From Amoebidium appalachense (Eukaryota > Protista > Ichthyosporea), in NCBI GenBank assembly GCA_963693365.1, contig CAVNZM010000012.1, positions 3,485,617 to 3,549,616 on the forward strand: a DNA stretch of 64,000 bases, written 5' to 3'. Positions 61,035 to 64,000 of this stretch are shown piece after piece. Positions within the stretch are counted from its first letter, which is position 1, and every line of letters starts with the position of its first letter. A model generated the notes under the pieces. The model did no database searches. It had not been told where the DNA came from and saw only the letters and a list, made by a program, of their open reading frames with translations. The translations under genes were made by a program, and so were the position numbers.

Positions 61035-62408
61035 ATGAGTGAGCGGGTCGATAAGATTCATTTTCAAGGTGTCAACCGGCCGCGGTTCCTAAACAACATG
61101 CCTATTGTTTCCGACTACGAGCTCCCCCCCGACACATTCGACCAAACATGTCTGCATCATCTCTTCGCGAGACTTAACTCTAGAGAAGTCGCGTCTTCGA
61201 TAGTGGAGCTCAAAAACTCGCGCTCTCCGTTCGACTTGGACGTGGATGCAAGGGTTGCGAGCATAAGAGGTCGATGGGTGACATGGGCAACCGAGTTTCA
61301 ACGTCCCGGTGATATCGACGCCGCAATCAGAGACGCTGCCCGCTCCCCTCTTTTGTTGACGACTAGGTTTCGCCCTGTGGCTACGGACGACTTGTCCAGT
61401 GCATTGAAGTATGTGATGGGTTTGGACTTATCGAAGTTTGGGGGATTTGGCAACACACTGAAGAAGCGTGCTCGTATCGCGTTGGCGAACGAGGCACTTA
61501 TCGTGGCGTCCGATTCTTATGCCCGCCTGCGTTGCGTGATGTGCGTCGAAGTTCCGGATATTGAAGGGCCGCGCACTCCCCAGAACCGCGTCGCCGTCGA
61601 TCGGTTCGAGACAAGATGCGAGGAAGGGCTTAGGGCGTGGGTCCTGCATGTCTTCAGTCTGCGCGCTGCCGAGTTGATTGTGAAGCCGGTGCTATCTGTC
61701 GACTCCAACAGTTACCACACGGCTAATACCTACGACGACAGTGAGGTCGGCGTCGGGTTGACGGTACGTTTTAGCGTGCCGATGGGATGTTGGGTCACGC
61801 CCACTGAGATCCCACCCGAATACCTCGCCATGGAACCGATAAACTTCTACGAGCCCGACCTCCCTGCGTGCCGCGTGTACGGCGTCGACGGCCCGCCGCC
61901 GCCGACCGACCCCCGCCATCTGAACGGTGAGTTTCAGATCGGCCCCGACGATGATGTGCCTGATGTGTCGTCATCGGAATGCCTCCGGTACCTGCACGCC
62001 ACTATTGCTGGCAGGGCGCTGCGAAACGGGAGCATCGAACATCTCGACTGGACAGACGCGGAGTCCGACGACAGTCTGCCAGCGCGCGGGCGTTTCTTCG
62101 TCACGTGCAGAGTCGATGACCCACACAACCCCTCTCTCTGCGGCGTCGACGTGGCCCATTGCCTGTTTCTTATCGACCACACTTATCCTTACTACTACGG
62201 CATTCGCCCAAGCATCCAGGTTGGGGTGTCGGAGCGCAAGTACAAGTCGCTGTCTAGGTGGCTTGGGCAAGACTGCAACGCGCGGTCCGACATGGAGGTG
62301 TTTGTCGTTGCCGCCGACGGACAATTGAATGCTAAGTGGGCTCATCTGGAGAGGCTACTCCCGATGACACTGGCCAACTTTGTGAGATATGTGAAATACA
62401 ATTTGTAG
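61035..62408 (+). CDS. hypothetical protein
   Basis: 457-aa ORF downstream of a CCAAT-rich spacer. Confidence 0.7.
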   Translation: MSERVDKIHFQGVNRPRFLNNMPIVSDYELPPDTFDQTCLHHLFARLNSREVASSIVELKNSRSPFDLDVDARVASIRGRWVTWATEFQRPGDIDAAIRDAARSPLLLTTRFRPVATDDLSSALKYVMGLDLSKFGGFGNTLKKRARIALANEALIVASDSYARLRCVMCVEVPDIEGPRTPQNRVAVDRFETRCEEGLRAWVLHVFSLRAAELIVKPVLSVDSNSYHTANTYDDSEVGVGLTVRFSVPMGCWVTPTEIPPEYLAMEPINFYEPDLPACRVYGVDGPPPPTDPRHLNGEFQIGPDDDVPDVSSSECLRYLHATIAGRALRNGSIEHLDWTDAESDDSLPARGRFFVTCRVDDPHNPSLCGVDVAHCLFLIDHTYPYYYGIRPSIQVGVSERKYKSLSRWLGQDCNARSDMEVFVVAADGQLNAKWAHLERLLPMTLANFVRYVKYNL

Positions 62409-62759
62409 TGTTTGGGCGTTCCCATGTGTGGTTTTGTGTAGTTTTTATGACGTCTTATCGGGTGGCCCACATTTGGCCCCCGCACACCTTGCAGAGCGGG
62501 CTGTCGCCGCAGGGGTGGTTGTAGTTGACAATAAAATTTGGTTTGGCCCGTGAGCCCGTGGTCTTACAGGTCTCACACGCGCCACAGTCCTCGTTCGACA
62601 TAGAAGTCGCACGCGTCGTCCACCTTGTCCATTATCCCCCCCCCCCCCCCCGCGTTCTTGCATCCCATGAGCATGCCCTCTGCGCGCACGCTGGCGCTTA
62701 GCCACCTTACGTACTGCACAACGTCGTCCCGCGTCCCTGTGCACCCGGCTATCCAGTAG

Positions 62760-62869
62760 CAGATACAGTTGAACCTACCATCCTTTCCTAAACGTTGATT
62801 TGTCCACACCTCCCACATGTTTTGCTGGTGTAGGATTCATTGACAAACACCACTGCAGTTCCCCGTTGC
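62760..62869 (-). mobile_element. 110-bp inverted derivative of the IS607/Fanzor element
   Basis: The reverse complement equals 27629-27704 (76 bp) joined to 27917-27950 (34 bp); no mismatches seen. Confidence 0.92.
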
Positions 62870-62948
62870 CACAAGCAGGGCGGCCGTGTGCACCGCGCGC
62901 AACATGCGCTACGGGTACGACGCGCGCCACTTTTATAGTGCGTGGGGT

Positions 62949-63858
62949 ATGATTCTACGCGCACTGGCCTGGTGTGTTTGCATGGCCGTGTGCGTCGAGC
63001 GCGTCGCGTGCAAGCGCTCGCAGTGCCCCCAGGGATCCGGGCTCCTGTTCTACAGGAGCTTCGAGCGCACGCCCGACGGCCCCATCACGCTCAAGTACCT
63101 CCGCGCGAGCGTGCCCAACGTGACCATGGCCACGGGCAGACTGAGCAACATGCGCGCAAAGGACGGCGCGCTCCGCATGAAAATGCCAAAGGGATGTGTA
63201 GGGACGGGCGAGTGTGCCTACCAATGGAAGGTTGCCCTCGACCCGACCCTCGAGGCCATGTACGCCTACAGCGTCAAGTTCGGGGCAGGCTATGACTTTG
63301 TGAAGGGAGGCAAACTCCCGGGCCTTTGCGGCAACACGTGCCCCACGGGTGGTAGGGATGCGTCCCGTGGGTTCAGTGCGCGCAACATGTGGCGCCCCGG
63401 GGGCAAGCTCGTGAGCTACCTCTACTTCCACGGAAAGGAGGGTGTGATGGGAAAAGACGTGGTTTGGATCAACAACAACAGGTAAGCCAATCATCATGCC
63501 CACCAACGAGTGGATCTTTCTGTATTTCTGGGTGCGCCTCAACACAGTTGGGCGGAGCGACGGGCTACTTGTGGGATACTACAACGGGGAGGTGGCCGTC
63601 AACCTCACCATGGATTGGCGGCGGAGCAACGACATTCTCATAGACTCGTATTACTTTTCCAACTTCTACGGGGGAAAGGGTGGTAGTTGGGCACCCAAGC
63701 ACGACATGTACATCCTGTTCAACGACCTGCAGGTGTGCACCCGCGACGGATTTCAGTGGGTCGGCGAGCGACCGCCTGTCAGCTCCCACAAGCCACTACC
63801 CGAGGGCGCGGCCGAGCCCGAAGGCGAAACGGTCCTGGGGCTGGCTACGTGTCCATAG
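62949..63858 (+). CDS. polysaccharide lyase family 14 (alginate lyase-like), frameshifted at about 63480
   Basis: Signal peptide; YSVKFGAGYDFVKGGKLPGL, GFSARNMWR..G...YLY, W...VRLNT...DG, FSNFYGG...WAP. Confidence 0.85.
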
Positions 63859-64000
63859 CAGGCCTGACCCCCTCGAAGATCCCCGATCGCCCGACGCAGC
63901 AGGCACGGTGGTGCCAGAGCATGCGGCGGAGCCACCTATACCCAGACGCCGAGTTGATGTCCGCGCGAAGACGGCGGTCGCGCCTTGCAAACAAACGCAG

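Noticed and set aside
63482-63547. Intron at CAG|GTAAGC in the PL14 gene
   Set aside because: The nearest AG acceptors (63510, 63547) do not restore the frame; a single-base indel does.
1-64000. tRNA, rRNA, major capsid protein, DNA polymerase
   Set aside because: None recognised by eye; a tRNA scan could not be run.

Overview
A gene-dense, mostly GC-rich segment that reads as a eukaryotic giant DNA virus (Nucleocytoviricota), possibly an endogenised and partly decayed copy. No major capsid protein or polB gene lies in the window, so the assignment is inferred from recognised motifs: an L1-type myristoylated membrane protein, DUF5832-, DUF5767- and SSB-like proteins, an AEP primase, two D5/SF3-type helicases, a penton-like protein, a papain protease, KilA-N, Bro-N and MSV199-like DNA-binding families, F-box proteins, Vps62 and a PL14 lyase. 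Highlights: (1) an apparently intact IS607 element (serine recombinase plus Fanzor2/TnpB, structured right end) and, about 35 kb away, a 110-bp inverted derivative joining a Fanzor CDS piece to the right end; (2) a standalone RGS gene convergent with a 7TM GPCR-like gene, plus a second 7TM gene; (3) a 159-bp x5.6 palindromic tandem array; (4) a Bro-N-like gene that assembles only through two GT-AG introns; (5) a nucleotidyltransferase-RING fusion; (6) CCAAT/CRE/TATA clusters upstream of a subset of genes. All family calls are by-eye motif recognition, not database searches. Many frameshifts could be decay or sequencing error.
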